A DNA stretch of 64,000 nucleotides from Trichinella spiralis (Eukaryota), in assembly GCF_000181795.1 (NCBI RefSeq), contig NW_003526941.1, positions 4,887,811 through 4,951,810 on the forward strand. The letters are read 5' to 3'. The notes under the pieces are model-generated. The model ran no database searches. It had not been told where the DNA came from and was given only the letters and a program-made list of their open reading frames with translations. The position numbers and the translations under genes were made by a program. This document shows, one piece after another, positions 41,055 through 55,432 of the stretch. Position 1 is the first letter of the stretch, and the number at the start of each line of letters is the position of its first letter.

Positions 41055-42217
41055 ATGGGAGACAATGGAAAAAAACTTCGGAAACGCTTTTGCTCAACTT
41101 ACAGAAGGATCTGTGATTTAGGATGTACAGTATGTGATTTTCATGTTCAAGTAATGCTTCTGTAACTTTTACTCGAAGTTTGATTTATTATTATACTCAA
41201 ATATGTTTAATGATATACTTTCCTTATGCATATCTACATACATACATGCATATGTACGTTATATATGTTAATTTTTATAATAACAACCCATCTCCGTATC
41301 AGTTTCTGAAAATATATATCTTTCATCATTTTTAGATGTCAAACGCTAAATTAGTGCAGCAGATTATTTTTTGAAATGCTGACAGAATTCATAATTTAAA
41401 CTTAAAATTATTTTCACATTAAAAATAATTTATATGAATATGAAGCATCATTTTAAGCATACTGTAAATGTTTTACGTGTAATAGTAACTAGTGCAAAAT
41501 TTGTTCTTATTCAATCATTGTAAATTTGATTGACTTTATAAATCTTTTATTATAAATGGTTATATACTGTGTGAATAACAGCATCGGTTTTATATTGGTA
41601 AGTTTACATTAATTACATTAAACATGAACATGGCACATACGAAATAATGTTTTACACTCTCATTTTATTTAATTTATTTGCACTTCATTAACAGAACTTT
41701 ACGAATACCACACCGTAATGCAGAATGTTGTGCAGGTTAATTTACTTTGTAAAATGTTTTCCACATATGTGTGAAAAGATAAATACTTGTTATTTATGTT
41801 TTTGCGCATGTTAAAATCTTTTGTCAGTTGTCAAATGGGTGTGAAGTTCAAATGTAATATATTTCATGAATAAAATTTTAATTTTTTTAAAATTATGTTG
41901 TTGAGTTATAATGTTATTTGAAAAATTGTTTTCAAAACGTTTTCCATTTAGGCAGAACGGAAGTGTAATCAACTTTTGGCGTCAAATTTTTGGAGATGCT
42001 GGTAGGTGAATTTATTTCGTTTTGTCTTAAAATTCATCATTTATCACTTACTCGAACTTAATCGAATCAGTAAAGAAAATTATATTTTTTATCAAGAATT
42101 TGATTAATTAACATATAAGTTTCCGATATGGTACACTGACATTTCATTGCATGTAGGTGGATATTCGGCAAATCTTTTTTTGCTTTAATAGTTTTGTATT
42201 TTGCAAGTAGTTTTTGA
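41055..42217 (+). CDS. Putative ~80-aa orphan protein with hydrophobic C-terminus (exons 41055-41129, 41582-41597, 41695-41735, 41952-42001, 42157-42217)
   Basis: GT/AG-bounded blocks with matching phases (0, 1, 0, 2) give MGDNGKKLRKRFCSTYRRICDLGCTHRFYIELYEYHTVMQNVVQAERKCNQLLASNFWRCWWIFGKSFFALIVLYFASSF*. No homology recognised. Confidence 0.35.
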
Positions 42218-45200
42218 ATATTCAGTTTAGTAGAAGAATGATTAATTTTTGACTTTGAAATAAATTTTTTGCATTTTCTTAATCTACAAATTTGCATGAG
42301 GTTCCGCAGTTTTGAAATCACTTGTACATTTGAAAAACTTTTATAATGAGAACTTACGTGGAAATGTTGTCAACTGCGTGCACAACTTTGTCGTCTTTAA
42401 TGGATATAATTCAGTTTACGTGTTTTCTTATATCATACATGTGCAGTTTTTAAGCTGTGAAATTGTTATGTTAATATTATTATAAGAATCCAAAATTTTG
42501 TTAAACAAATGTGTTTTATGTGTAGCTGTAAAGCGAAATATTACTGATGTTATATTTAAAATTTTATTTGAAATGTGAAATTTTGTTTTAATTAAGGAAT
42601 GTCGATTTTTGTATTTGAACATAGCTTTATGATTTTTCATCATCAGTATACAAAATTTTATGTGTTATTTTATCAGTTTATTTTTCCTTTATATATATAT
42701 ATATAAACGTTTGTTTCTACTGTAGAATTTTGATTGTGAAGTACTTATTGCAATTTTTATTGCTTTGCATATTGTGAAAGTCGCGTTTTTTTTATTTTAG
42801 TAATCACTAATATGCGTTCATACACATGTATTTATGTATATTTTTAGGAATATTTAAAATAATTACATTTAATGATAATAAATGTTAGTATATTGAATAA
42901 TGTTTGATGAATATATGTAATAATAAAGTTTTGAATTGAAAATGCATTTTCCAGTGAATTATATAATATTTTGTATTGAAAGGTATACTAATTTGTATTA
43001 TTTATTAATTTTAACTTTATTTATGATTAAATTATTATTTAAATGAGAAACAATTCCAAAAATAGCTATTATTTATTTGCTCTATTAGTGTTTGATTCGT
43101 ATGATGGGAGCATGTTATTTGTTGATATTTGTGAAAGTTGGAGAAGAAATTTACACTTCAACACAAGAAATGTCATTGTTAAACTCTCACGTGTCGACCT
43201 TGGAACTGACAAATGCATATAGATGTCAACTGTGTGCTGGCAAGCAGTAGTTGTTTGTAGAAGTTTTGGAAAGCAGCTGTGCTCACATTTTCGAAGGTGA
43301 TATTGCTAGTTAAAGAGTTCGAGTGCGTAAAACGTTGAACAAATATTCACAGATGCGGTGCAATTGTCTTTACGTTGGTTGTTCATTGAAAATTCCCAAG
43401 TGCGGCTTGGACGTCAGTTAATTATCACTTTGCTGATTTAGCTGATAACCCGTAATATCTCAGAGTGTATTTCCATAAGAATTATACAGCTCTCAAGCTT
43501 AGTGCGCTGCTGCTTATAGGATCAATGATGTTCTTTTCGATAAAATTTGAAATTGAGATTCTTTCATTCTGAGGTATGGAGAAGCGAGAACGGGAGGGGG
43601 GGGGGAATACATCCCATAGAAATAAATAGTAGTTTCTGATAATTCAACATTCACCAAAGCAATTGTTTGATAATGATTTTCATGATGATTCCTCAACGAC
43701 TGGTGTCCACGTGCCATCAAGATGACTTGTTAAATTGCAGAGTTGAACTGAAAGCATAAATTTACTATTTGAACATTTTTCAATCTATAAACATTGTCAT
43801 AGTAAAGAAATATTTTAGCGAACTTTGAACAATAGTTATTTTTAATTGTAGAATGTAAAATTAAAAAAAATTGAATTGGGAATGAATGACCTGTGACAGT
43901 TTTATGTATTATATATTTGTAATTTAATGTATGAAGTAGAAATTTACTTGCATTTTTTTTCTTTACTAATTCTCTTAAATTTGATTTTTGAATTATATAA
44001 CAGTTTGGCATTTGTCACTGCATTTTATCAAATTATGATTAATGCTGAATTGTAAGATGTATAAAAATTGAAAAATTTTTTATTCATATATGATGATATC
44101 CGTGAAAAATATTACTAAAAATAAATAGGGAAATGGTTAAAGTGTGTATTTCTATACCTTATATTGTATTGTTATAAAACTATGTTGCACAGATTTTCAC
44201 GTTTTGCATGTTGCTTATTGATTACACGATCATCTATGAATATAACAGGGTTGTTTGAATTTTATTTGGCAAACCAACACATATGTATTTATTTACACAA
44301 TTGATAATTCTTGTATAATTTAATATTGTGATAAGTAGTTAGTTGGTAAAGTTGATTTTCAAAATCAGGTTTAAAATAGGATGCGATTGATGTGTTAATT
44401 TTAGTAATTATGCAAATATTTTGTGTTTAATTTTCTTAGGAAATATCATTTTTTGTATACTTTAAATTTCAATTTTTGAACTTACTTTTCTATTACAAAA
44501 TGCTTTAAAACTGATCAATTATTTTTTTTAGTAAATCAAATGATGCAATGATGTTGTGCAATTGATGAATAATTTTTTATTGAGAATTAGTTAATAGGAA
44601 CAAATTGGAAATAAAGAAATTCATATTTTATATTTATTTATTTATATGACTTTTTCAATTATGATTATTAGTGGAGAATGAACTGCTTGTTCAAACATAA
44701 ATAAGAAGTAATAGGAATAAGAAATAATATCGTATGACAGTGATGCAAAGCTTTGGCTTATTGTTGTTGACACAAGAAGGGAAATGAAAATGGACAAGCT
44801 TTATCTATCTATGAGGGCAGAAAGTGATTTTCGTGCGCCGGTTTAAATGAGATTAATAAAAACGATTATTATTGTTCATTATTTGCAAATGAACGTCTCG
44901 GTTGGAGAAAAGTCGACAAAGCTTGCTGCTGCTTGTCTTTGTTTGAAGCGTTCTCTGTCCATCAACACTGATGGATGACATTTCGTGATTGGCACACGTT
45001 TAATTCAAAAACGACTAACTGCTTTTAGAATATTTGGAAAATATTTCATTTTTCCTCTTCTTTTCTGACAATATTACAATATAATTAATAAATAATAACT
45101 CTGCCCAAAACCACAACATTCATTGATCAATTCAACAATTAATTCGTATATTTTTCAAATGGAAAATTTGCATATAGTGAATTAATTGCAGAAATTTCCT

Positions 45201-48093
45201 TATTATTATTTATTATTATTATTATTGAAATGTGATTCGCACGACATTATTTCGATGAAATTTTTAAAATAAGCACACATTATACAAGAAAACGGTACAT
45301 TGTTTTGCTTATTGGTTTGCTTTTATTTATTTGAACGTTTTTTTTATTTTAATAATTCTGATGATCATGTTGTATTTCAACTTTGCATTCATATTTTGCT
45401 GATATTCAGTTTTATTGTGAACTTTTATTACGAATTTGTTGTTTGCGTGTGCATGTATGTAATTTGCATCTGATGTATCTTACAAATTATATTATGAAAG
45501 TAATTTTACTTTTTTTCAAATTGGTTTATTTATTTCAATATTTTACGCTTATAATAAATACATTTAATAGAAAAGAGAGAGTGTGCAGGAAAAAGTTTCC
45601 AGTGAACTGTGAAACAGTTGAGGGGAAATTTTTCATTTAAAAAGTAAAGTTATAATTCAATAATAAAATAACAATTTAGTGGTTGATTTATTTATTCATT
45701 TGTGTTTTTTTGAAAATATGTATATCAAGGAATATAATATCTAGTTTTGCTTTGCCTTGGGGGGAAGTGAGCATCAATTCAACATACGGTGGTTAAGCAG
45801 ATTTTTAACTGATTGCAACAGTAAGCCTAGGGAATTTTTTATTATTTTTCGAATACCACATGACGAAATATTTGTAGAAATGTCATTTTATTTCGTTTTA
45901 TAAATTTATCTTAATATTTCTGATGTTGAAGGGCGCAGAACAATGTGAACATTGTGAGAGGATGCTTATCATTTCTACAAATGAATGGTTTTTATAGTTT
46001 TGAAGAAATTCGAAATTGTATCTCCAGGAATGCGATCAGTCAAATTGATATTGTCCTTGGTTGATTTTAATTGAGTCACAAGCAGAAATATGTTTTTTAA
46101 TAACGTGACATACGGGTGGCCTGAATGCATTTTCGTTACCTTTGTCAGCTGTTTTCCCTTCGGATCAGAGCACGCACGCATTTGCATGGTAAAAAGCAAT
46201 ACCTTGTATGGCATAAGCATATGTATGTTTGTATGTCAGTTATTTATTGAAACTGAAATTACTGCAAGACCTTGAGTTTGATGTTCTGTAAATGAAATTT
46301 GACATTTTTCATTGCTTTTTTATTTTCCAAATCAAGCCCAATTACTTTCCCTTTTGTAACTTTATTTTATGATGATAATTGTTACACTTTGACAAGTTTA
46401 TCAAAATCAGAACCACTAGTTTGATTAAATTATCTTTTGCAAAGTCAGATCGTGAAAAATTTTTTGTTTGAATGATTTGAAATGTGTATTTTCAAATTAT
46501 CACTTCCCTACTGTAAAAATATGCGCAAAAAGAAATTATTACGCTTTTAACGATAATTGCATCTCATAGTTACCATAATAAAATGGCATAAGATGTGGAG
46601 CTGTTGAAGAAATAAAAAGGAATATCAGTAAAAATAGTTGGATTATTATTTATTATTAAGATTTTTGCATAAATCAATCGTACGATGAAGAGACTTTTGA
46701 AAACACTCGAGAGAAATAATGCAAAGCTGGTGAGAAGAGAAATTAACTATTTTATTATTTTAAATGCGGGATGTGGGAGAGCATTTATAGCAAGTTGAAA
46801 TATTGCCTAAACTTTGAAAATTGATTAAAGACATTTTTGAAAGAATGAATTGCTTGAAGAACTTTACCTTATGCTCATTCCGATTTATCAAAAAAAAAAT
46901 AAAGCAAAATATTCGTATAATATAAGCTGAACATTGTTCTTGAATCGGAATTTGTATTATGGCACTGATTTTTCATGAAAATAGTTCATTTTTGTTATTT
47001 GCAAATCATATTCAACAATGAATATATTCTTGCTTCCTTGTTGCATGTGTAGATGACTTAAAATTATTACTATAAAACAAATTATAAAAATAGTAAGAAA
47101 TATGAAATGGATTTAATGTTTATGATAAAATTGAATATTTTTTATCTTTATTTTGCGTGAAACAATAAAAAATTTATTAAGCAGTTGAATTTTTCAATTT
47201 CAACTCGCTGTTCAACTTTTATTTCTGTGCGGTCAATGATCAATCGATATGATATTTAAAAGTTTGCTTTATTGCTTTCATGAAATGTTATTTAAATAAC
47301 CGATCACATTGTGAAAATTAATTAAAACGAAAAATGTAAAGTTTGTATTTTTGGAAATCATTTCTAATTCATCTGACTTTTCAGTTCACTTTTATTTCCA
47401 TTTTTGCAGCATATTTTTCAAATTGAAACTTATTCTTTCTCCAGGATACATATCTTTCTCTGTTTTTTTTATTTCTATAGAATTTGAGGAAAATTCATCA
47501 AATGCGAAGTTGAGAAATATTTTTGGAAAAATTATCATAAGCTTTTTTTTGCGAATGTTGAGAAATGTATGTAAGCATATCTTGACTGTTGACTCAAATA
47601 AGTGATAAACAACTGGTAACATGGATTTATTTAGCTTAAATAAAAGTTTGCAATTAGTAGTAATAGCAGTTTTGATGTTCATTTTTTTTGTAATTTTTGT
47701 ATGTTGTTTATATTTATGAATTAAAAAAAATCTTTTTTTCTGTTTTCATAGCCAAACTCTGTTATTTATCAATAATTTAATATGTTCAGTTGGTGTTGTT
47801 ATTGTCAGAAACTTTTAAGGCTTATCAATTTTGCAGATTCAATGGATGATAAATTTGTTGACGTGGTGGTGTTTGAGTGTGAATTGCTGCATCCTGCTAC
47901 GACAAATGGACAGGGTCCAGTTTTCTGGTTTCCATTTGAACCAATCAAAAGTGGCGCACGATGATTGGTCAAATGGTGGAAAACGTGTCCCCCCTGCCGC
48001 TCGATGGACGACCACCTTGATGGTCGTCATTGACACGATTCGGCGCCGTTAAGCTTGTTGTGGTGAAAAGCGAAAGCGATTACAGTTGACAAA

Positions 48094-51000
48094 ATGGCTG
48101 GACTGCCGGAAAATACCGGCAAGCAGGTGCCGGTCGCTGCCAGCTGTTTGGCTATTGTGCTTGGACGATGCGCTGGTGGGGATGTTGTTGGTCACAGGAT
48201 GTTGAACCGTCGCGGCCGACGTCAGTCGTCAGCGTTGAGAAACGGTAGTGCAGCGACGAAGCCGGAAAATGGCTATCGAATATTTCTCGACTTTGTCGAC
48301 ACCAACCGATCTGCTTTCGGGTGGAATCCAACGCTCGTTGCCAGCTTGGATGGGTTGGATTTTGTCGGCTTCGTACGACCCGGAACGCTGTTCGTTTCAG
48401 CCGAAGCCCCGTGCTTGGAAAATTTGCGAAACGCTTGGGCTAGGCGAATACTGAAACCTCCTTCCGGCTTTGTGATAAAAAGTTTTGGTAAGCATGCGCG
48501 GTTTTTTTTTCTCTTCTTCCTCCTACCTATAATTCATATTTTCTCTTTTTTGCTTTTTGTTCTTCTCATTTTGCCCCCTCAAAGCTCTGTAATTTCATCC
48601 TTGCTCGTCTCTGCTTTCACCGTGGTGTTAAAAACTCGCGCTTAACCCAACGTGCCGCTTGTTGTCGCCTTCTATCCATCACTAGCTGGTTGATCATTCA
48701 TGGCCAGCTATTATTATGCTGGAAGACCACAACAAGTTGGCCGCGAAATCAATCGTCATCATTCATCACCGAACGAAACAATATCCGTCCGTTGGACGGC
48801 AGGGTTGAAATGTCCAAAATTTGCTGGCCATCGGCTAGTCTGCTTGATCGATTTACATTTTCTCGCTTTGAACTCTTTCTCTCTTCCTCTTCCAGACAGA
48901 CACAGACGGACAGGCGTGTGCGTGTATATTTATTTGTTCAGTGAAGAAAGCAATTTCAATTGGAAGATATGGTCGTCAGCAGGGTGCTTCTGCTAGCCAC
49001 CATCAGTGGACAATGGAGTTCAATTGTCCACGTAATGCTACTTGCTCTGACCAACTGCTGCAGACAAAATTTAAATTTATTTCTTTTCTTCGCCATCTCG
49101 CAGTTGACATATAGTTCAAAACATGCGAACAACAAGGAAAATTAATTGCAAATTTACCATTTGCAAGCTGAAGAATAATTTTAATTTCAATTTTAAGCAA
49201 TTTGTTGGAAAATAATAAATGTTGCTGCATAAATAGGGAGGGCGAGAGAGAGAGAATGAAAGAGACGATGATTTTCCATTTGTCAATTTGAACTTGTTTT
49301 ATCAGAACAGACAGTCCGGCTAGGTGGTTACTGCTGTTCATTCAACATGTCAAACATGTGTGGTGTTTTCATTTTTTTGGTTCTTTTTCGAAATGACAAG
49401 TCGCGAAGATTTGTCAAGCTAACATTTTCCACCTCGACCGAATGAACAAGGCCCAGGTTAATTGACATACGGTCGACTGGGCTGCAATACTTCACGGTAC
49501 GATCTTGATTAGCATTGTTCCACTATACTAATGCTGTTAAGAAAATTTATCACTTAATCCATCCAATCAGCTTTTTATTATCGTCACCTTGTGAACGTTG
49601 GGTTGAATATGTTTTTTTTCCTGACCCAGTCCATTGATGTATTTTAAGAATGAATGAATGAATGAAAGCTACAGTTGGAAAATTATCAGACGTCATGTCA
49701 CATTTTGTTATTAATAATAGGTTTAATTGAAACCAACGATGAATGAATCTTTTAGCTTCTTCTTCTTCTTCTTCTTCTTCGGATCGTGATTTGGTCTTTA
49801 AAATGCGCCAAATGCTTATCGATTTTGTATAATGCCGAAATGAACAAAGAGCCACTAACTGATGCATTGAAATGTAATAACTCATTGTCGGTTGAATGCC
49901 GTTCATTTTAACAATATTGAAAGCATTCCATATTCTCTCATCGTCATCATCATCATCATTACACGTCCGTCATTTTCCGTCAGTGTTCTATTTTATCACT
50001 CACTCATTGCTGGCTGGTGGTCTTTTTTCAGCAGCATTTCATCTGAATTTTTCGGTTTTATGAATTTCAAAAAAAATGCATTTCCAAAAATTCAAAATTG
50101 AACAACAGATGAAATTCAGGGAAGCAATTTTTATTATTTCATCTCAGACTTCTTGGGCTATTATTCATTTGCAGTGTCTTTTGTCCACTGGGATCGATAG
50201 AACCGTGGAAAGCAACGTTGTTAAGCCAACGTCGGTAATTAGTAAGCCTGGCTAGCGGCACCGCTTCACGCTGTGGATCTTTTATCCAAAAATTCTCTGC
50301 CCATGACCGCCCCAGCATGCGGGAGAGGTTAATTTTCCAAATCTCATTTCTTGCGAATATAATTAAAGTTAATGAAACTGCGATTTGGTGGATGTTATTT
50401 AACATTCGTGGTCGCATCTGCGCCGTCGCTGGTCAGCATCTGCCCACGGTTGCGCAATTGGCTACTAGCTAGCCGACGGCACTGATGGTTTTGAAAAAAA
50501 AAAGAAAGGGAGAAAAGTTCAAGAGGTCATCATCACACAGCTGACCGACGTACTTCTTTTGACCCGGTCTGATATCCATATCATTGTTGGTCATTTATCC
50601 GTCAGAAACTGTCAGCTCTTTCATGGCTTTTGCGCTTTGTCATCATCATCATCATCATATTGAACTTGAAATATCCGACTAAATAATTCCCTGAAACGTT
50701 ATCATCATCTTCTATTTTTCATTTCCACGGATTTATTTTCTCCAAGCGATCAATTTTGCTCACATTTGCTCAGCACAAATACATTCAACTTAATTGTATT
50801 TTTGCCCGTGCATTTGAACTCTGCAATTTATTTGTGGTCGACGTTTTTCATTCCGCAGGGAAAAACTACCACCAACCAACTTCACTTATTACCTCGTTTT
50901 GAAAATTATCCAATCGTGCATTTACCACGCACAAAATATTTGCTCATCATATTTTATCGCGTCATTCCGACAATTCTATTCATATTCTTAATTATTGTTG

Positions 51001-54000
51001 TTTTGGTGTCGAAAGGGGATCAAATTTCAGCAACTGTTGTCAGTTTTATTTTCATACTGAAAATGAAGCTCACATAAAAAGTGCTATTTTATTTCTTTTT
51101 TATCTTTATGGAAAGGTTTTGTAATGATTGATTTATATATTTATTAGCGAATTCAAAATTTGGGGGAATATGCAAAGGATAAATTAATTACGAGAACAAG
51201 GAGATGATGGCTTGTTTTTTTTTTATCCAAGAATGCGGTTTTTCAGAAAGTCAATGACCAGGACAGTGTAGAATGGAAGAGTTTGTTTGTTTGTTTGTTT
51301 GTCTGTTTGATCGACTAGCCAACCAATTGTTGTTATTGCAGTGGAACGCTTGTGTTGACGCTTTTCTTTTCTGTATACAGTGAGAAAACAAAAGTCATCC
51401 AGCTTCTAGAAGGGCGCTTAACGTTTGTATTTGGTGCGTGACCAATAAGCAAAGAGGGAGGGGGGATGGTAGAGAAATCAAGAATGAGAGTCGAAAAGGA
51501 GAGGAGGGGGGTAACGGTTGATCAGTTTGCTTTTTTCTGCTAAGCTTGACTTTATTGATTTGAGGATTGTTGTGTTGTACACAATGGAACAAGCAGAATG
51601 TCATGTAGAACGTCATGTTTGACTCTTTGTCTGGTGACATCAACCAAAATTGACAGTATCTAATTAGGGCGGTCCGATGTAACGCTTTTTGATTTCTTCG
51701 CTTCCAAATCTAAGCGCGATGCATCGATTTTTCCTTATACTGCAACAGATGTTTGACCGTTGATCGTTCGCTGAAGGAGAAACAACTGAAGAAGCATCCA
51801 AAGCATATGGCCCACTGGCATCACAAGTACCACTAGTTGGTGTCGGTCAATTTGTACCCTCATCCAAAGCAGGTGGTCGTTCACACACCGGCTAGAGGAA
51901 TAGGTAGTGCAGACAGGCAGGATAAAATGTGCTACACCGCTTTTCCCCTCGGGCTTGTCAACAATGTTCCTATTGATTGGAACCAACTTGGCTTTGAGCT
52001 ATTTGAAAAAGGATCCTTTTTATCAGTACACGTCTGCATCCCCTTAATTAGGCGTCGCGGCAAATGCTAGCCAGCCAGCCAAGCTAACCTGGATTTGTCA
52101 GCATTATGGCGTCTTTTGCTTTGGATCATTTGCTTTTCGACTTTTTTCCTCCCACATTTCAGCAAACAACAACAAAACCACCATTGGTTTAGCGTAATCG
52201 GATTGTGCTGCTGTTGTATTCGCTGTGCATACGCGCTGGATTCCAATCCACTCTTAAATTGCCACACCAGTGCAGCACACACATCTGTCGAAAAAAAATT
52301 TTTTTTCAACTTACAAGCTTATTAATGTAATGCCAATTGTAAATTAATTATTAATTGAAGCGCTTATCGTTTTAGCTTGAGAAATTTAACTGTTTAAATG
52401 GTTTAATTCAATTGTGTACAGTATACAAATAAACAAACAGGTGAATAAATAGAGATGTATATAAATTTTTTAACGTGTTTTTTTTAATTGAATATTGTAG
52501 TCGTTCGACTGTTCTGGAGTGTTCATCGCATGTTAAGAATTGGTTTTTGAATTGTAAAAGAAAAGATGGTTATTAATAGCATAGTTGGCCTTTTTTAGCC
52601 AAATGGTTAGCCATATTAACCTGAACGTTTTATTATTCGCAAAGCCATAAACATACCATAAGCCTGTGGGAATACCCAGTTTTATTATTACGTACGCACA
52701 CAGTGTAGGCTAATTTTCTTACTACTTTCAATGGTCAGGTCAGCGGAATTTATGAGCATGTTGTGATTTTATTATGTTTTTTACCATTTTCAGCAGGTTT
52801 AATAGCGGACATATTGTTTTTGCAGGCGATGTGAATGGCATTGAAATGCACGAAGTGCCGCAGACGCAATTCATACCGCTGTCAGATGTTCTTTGTACAG
52901 TTATTTCTGCTTTAAATCGAATTGGCCAGCCGGCAACTATTCAAAGTATCATGGAAGCTCTTCGTCAACAATATGTCGGAATGACCATACCTAAAGAGGT
53001 GAGTGAAGCATATATAAAATGAATTTTTCGATTCAAAAAATGGAACGTCTGATATGCATATTTTTTGTGCATTATCGTTTCGTTAAATTTTATCAAGCTT
53101 TTTAATCGATTGTAATCAGTATGAAACTCTGTGAAAAAATAATATTTTACAGCTGTTAGAAAATTTTTTTTTCATTTCAACACTTATTATTTTGCTCCGG
53201 AAATTTGCATTGAAAATTGTATTGAAGAACTTTACACACTTTTCAAATTGTCCACACTTTTTTCAATTGAATGTGCTTACAAACCAGTTTAAAAGTTTAC
53301 TTTTTCACAGCAGCTTTTATGCACAGATAAATTGCACTGGATTTTTAGAACTAATTTTATACACATTTTGAAATTGTGTATTCATTTTATTGTTACTAGC
53401 TGCAGCTGTTAATTTAGCATTGAAATTGGTTTCTTTTTTTTTTCCTTTCAAAGAATTTGTTGAGCAAACACTGTCATCTGGTTTTATTTTTCATTTCAGA
53501 TTCAAGTTCGATTCAAAATTAGGCTTTATAAAAGAGGGAATTTGTTATATTCTAATATTTTGCTTTGATTTAGGATATGATTTACGCCGCCATTGGTGGT
53601 CTTATGGCTCAGGGTCGACTGTATTGTATGGGCAATCATTATTTTATTTCGACACCGTTTGTGCAACTTACGAATCCTGCTTTCTGTATGGGAAATAATC
53701 CATATTTTTGGAATGCCGAAGACACGAATGCAGTTGGTGGTGCTGGTGGTCATTATGCACGTAAAATACCTCGAACGTTGAGGTACAAGCTGAGAATTGA
53801 TCGATTGTTGTATATGTATATGTATATGTATATGTTTCTTTTAGAACAACTGAAACTTGTTCAAAAGAATGCCAAACGGGCAATAGCATTGTAGCAGGAC
53901 CAGCTTATAGACCACCAGTTGTTGGTAAAGCAGCAATTGCACAGGCAAATCAAAACGCTGCCGGCCAATGTCATAGAGTGCAAACTGTAACGACGAAACA

Positions 54001-55410
54001 AAAACCAATTAACAACAAGCAGAATGCCGGTACGTGTTTTTGAAAATAATAAATGGTATGTATGATTAGAATTTTTACAATTTAGGTGAAAAGACCAGTC
54101 TGTGGAAGAGGCTGTTTGGACGATCGAAAGAGAAAAAGTTGGCTAGCAGTTGTAGTCAACAAGCCGACTCAGCACGACAAAGCGAATTGACTAGCAGTAA
54201 CAACAACAGGATCACAGTGCCGGTTGATAATGTAGCTTTTGGTGATTGGGTCCCGGATTTGCAGTATGTCAGAGCATCGGCTTCAGATCCGTACAATCAG
54301 ATGTGGGCGAACCGATTGAAGAAGCAAGCTCGCGGTGGCCACGATGAACCTTGGAAAAATCGCCACAGCATCTGGATGGACAGTGAAATGGCCGTATGCA
54401 GAAGGCAGCGTGCCGATCATCGGTTCGCCAGTCACCGTTATTCGACTCGGTTTGAACAAGAGGCGCCGTTCGACGGTTTCGGTCGCAGCAGCAAAGCCCA
54501 CGCCCGGCGACGTTTGAGCCGATTCATAAGCAGCAGTTCGGAGTGTCTGTTCAACGGCGCCCACGCGACCAATCACTACAGCAGGCGAATGATGGCTCAG
54601 GATTTTTCCAGACACAATCAGCTCCATCGAACCAAGCAGCTGAATTTGCACAACATTTCTGCCGAGCTGCAGCTCCACAACGGTGCTGGTGCTGCAAAGG
54701 TTGCAAATGGAACGTTCGACGACCACGATCACGACAACAACAACAACAACGTTGGCACAAAGCGAACCGTTGACTGCAACAATCAACAGCAAGTTGGAGG
54801 ATCACCGCCGTTGTTGTTGTTTGGCCAAAATTCAATGTTGGAAGCTTGCCAACTGATGATCATGTCCAAAGATGAAAATGTCCACGAAAATGCCGAGAAC
54901 AGAGACAGCGCACTGAGCGTGTCACCAGTTATAACTGATGCCTCAAGTTCGGATACGAAATTCAGCAGCTGGTCTGGAAGCGACAGTCGGCATGAGCCAT
55001 TGCCGAATTTGTTGACTGTAACGGAAAATAAAAGCAGCAGCAACAAAGCCAATGAAATTGTTACCAACAACAACAACAACAAGCGATTATTGTCATCGCA
55101 GGTGAAAAGCAAAGCTGACCACACTTACATGAACGATACTGGACGGTTGGAATGCACGTTGGCTAGTCATACTTATGAAAATTTGAGCTTTGCGTTGAAC
55201 CAACTCGACCAGTTGCGAGAAGAGCAACAGCAAAAGCAAAAGCAGCTCACTTCCACTGACAGTGATACAGCAGAATCAGGAAATGTGCCATTGAGCACAG
55301 ATGATCGACGACCAGTGTCACCTTCAGAACAACTGGCCGATATGTTGAACGATTTTGAAATTGTCAAAAAGGAGGTAAAAGTTAGTCCAGCTTACATATC
55401 CGCTGTTTGA
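48094..55410 (+). CDS. Storkhead-box winged-helix protein (HAM-1/STOX/knockout family); exons ~48094-48487, 52826-52998, 53574-53782, 53845-54029, 54086-55410
   Basis: CLAIVL...GYRIFLDF...WNPTL...LENLRNAWARRILKPPSGFVI/GDV...QTQFIPLSDVLCTVISALN...IPKEDMIYAAIGGLMAQGRLY...YFISTP matches the Storkhead winged-helix; long low-complexity C-terminus with poly-Asn runs. Confidence 0.88.
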
Positions 55411-55432
55411 AGAGGCATTCAACTTACTTTTT

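Noticed and set aside
43520..43575. ATGATG...CTGA snoRNA-like box pair
   Set aside because: Too short, no host gene, no clear terminal stem.
54283..55367. Long antisense and alternative-frame ORFs over the last Storkhead exon, and similar shadow ORFs over PSMD2, UBXN6 and dystroglycan
   Set aside because: Shadows of real coding sequence and trinucleotide runs.
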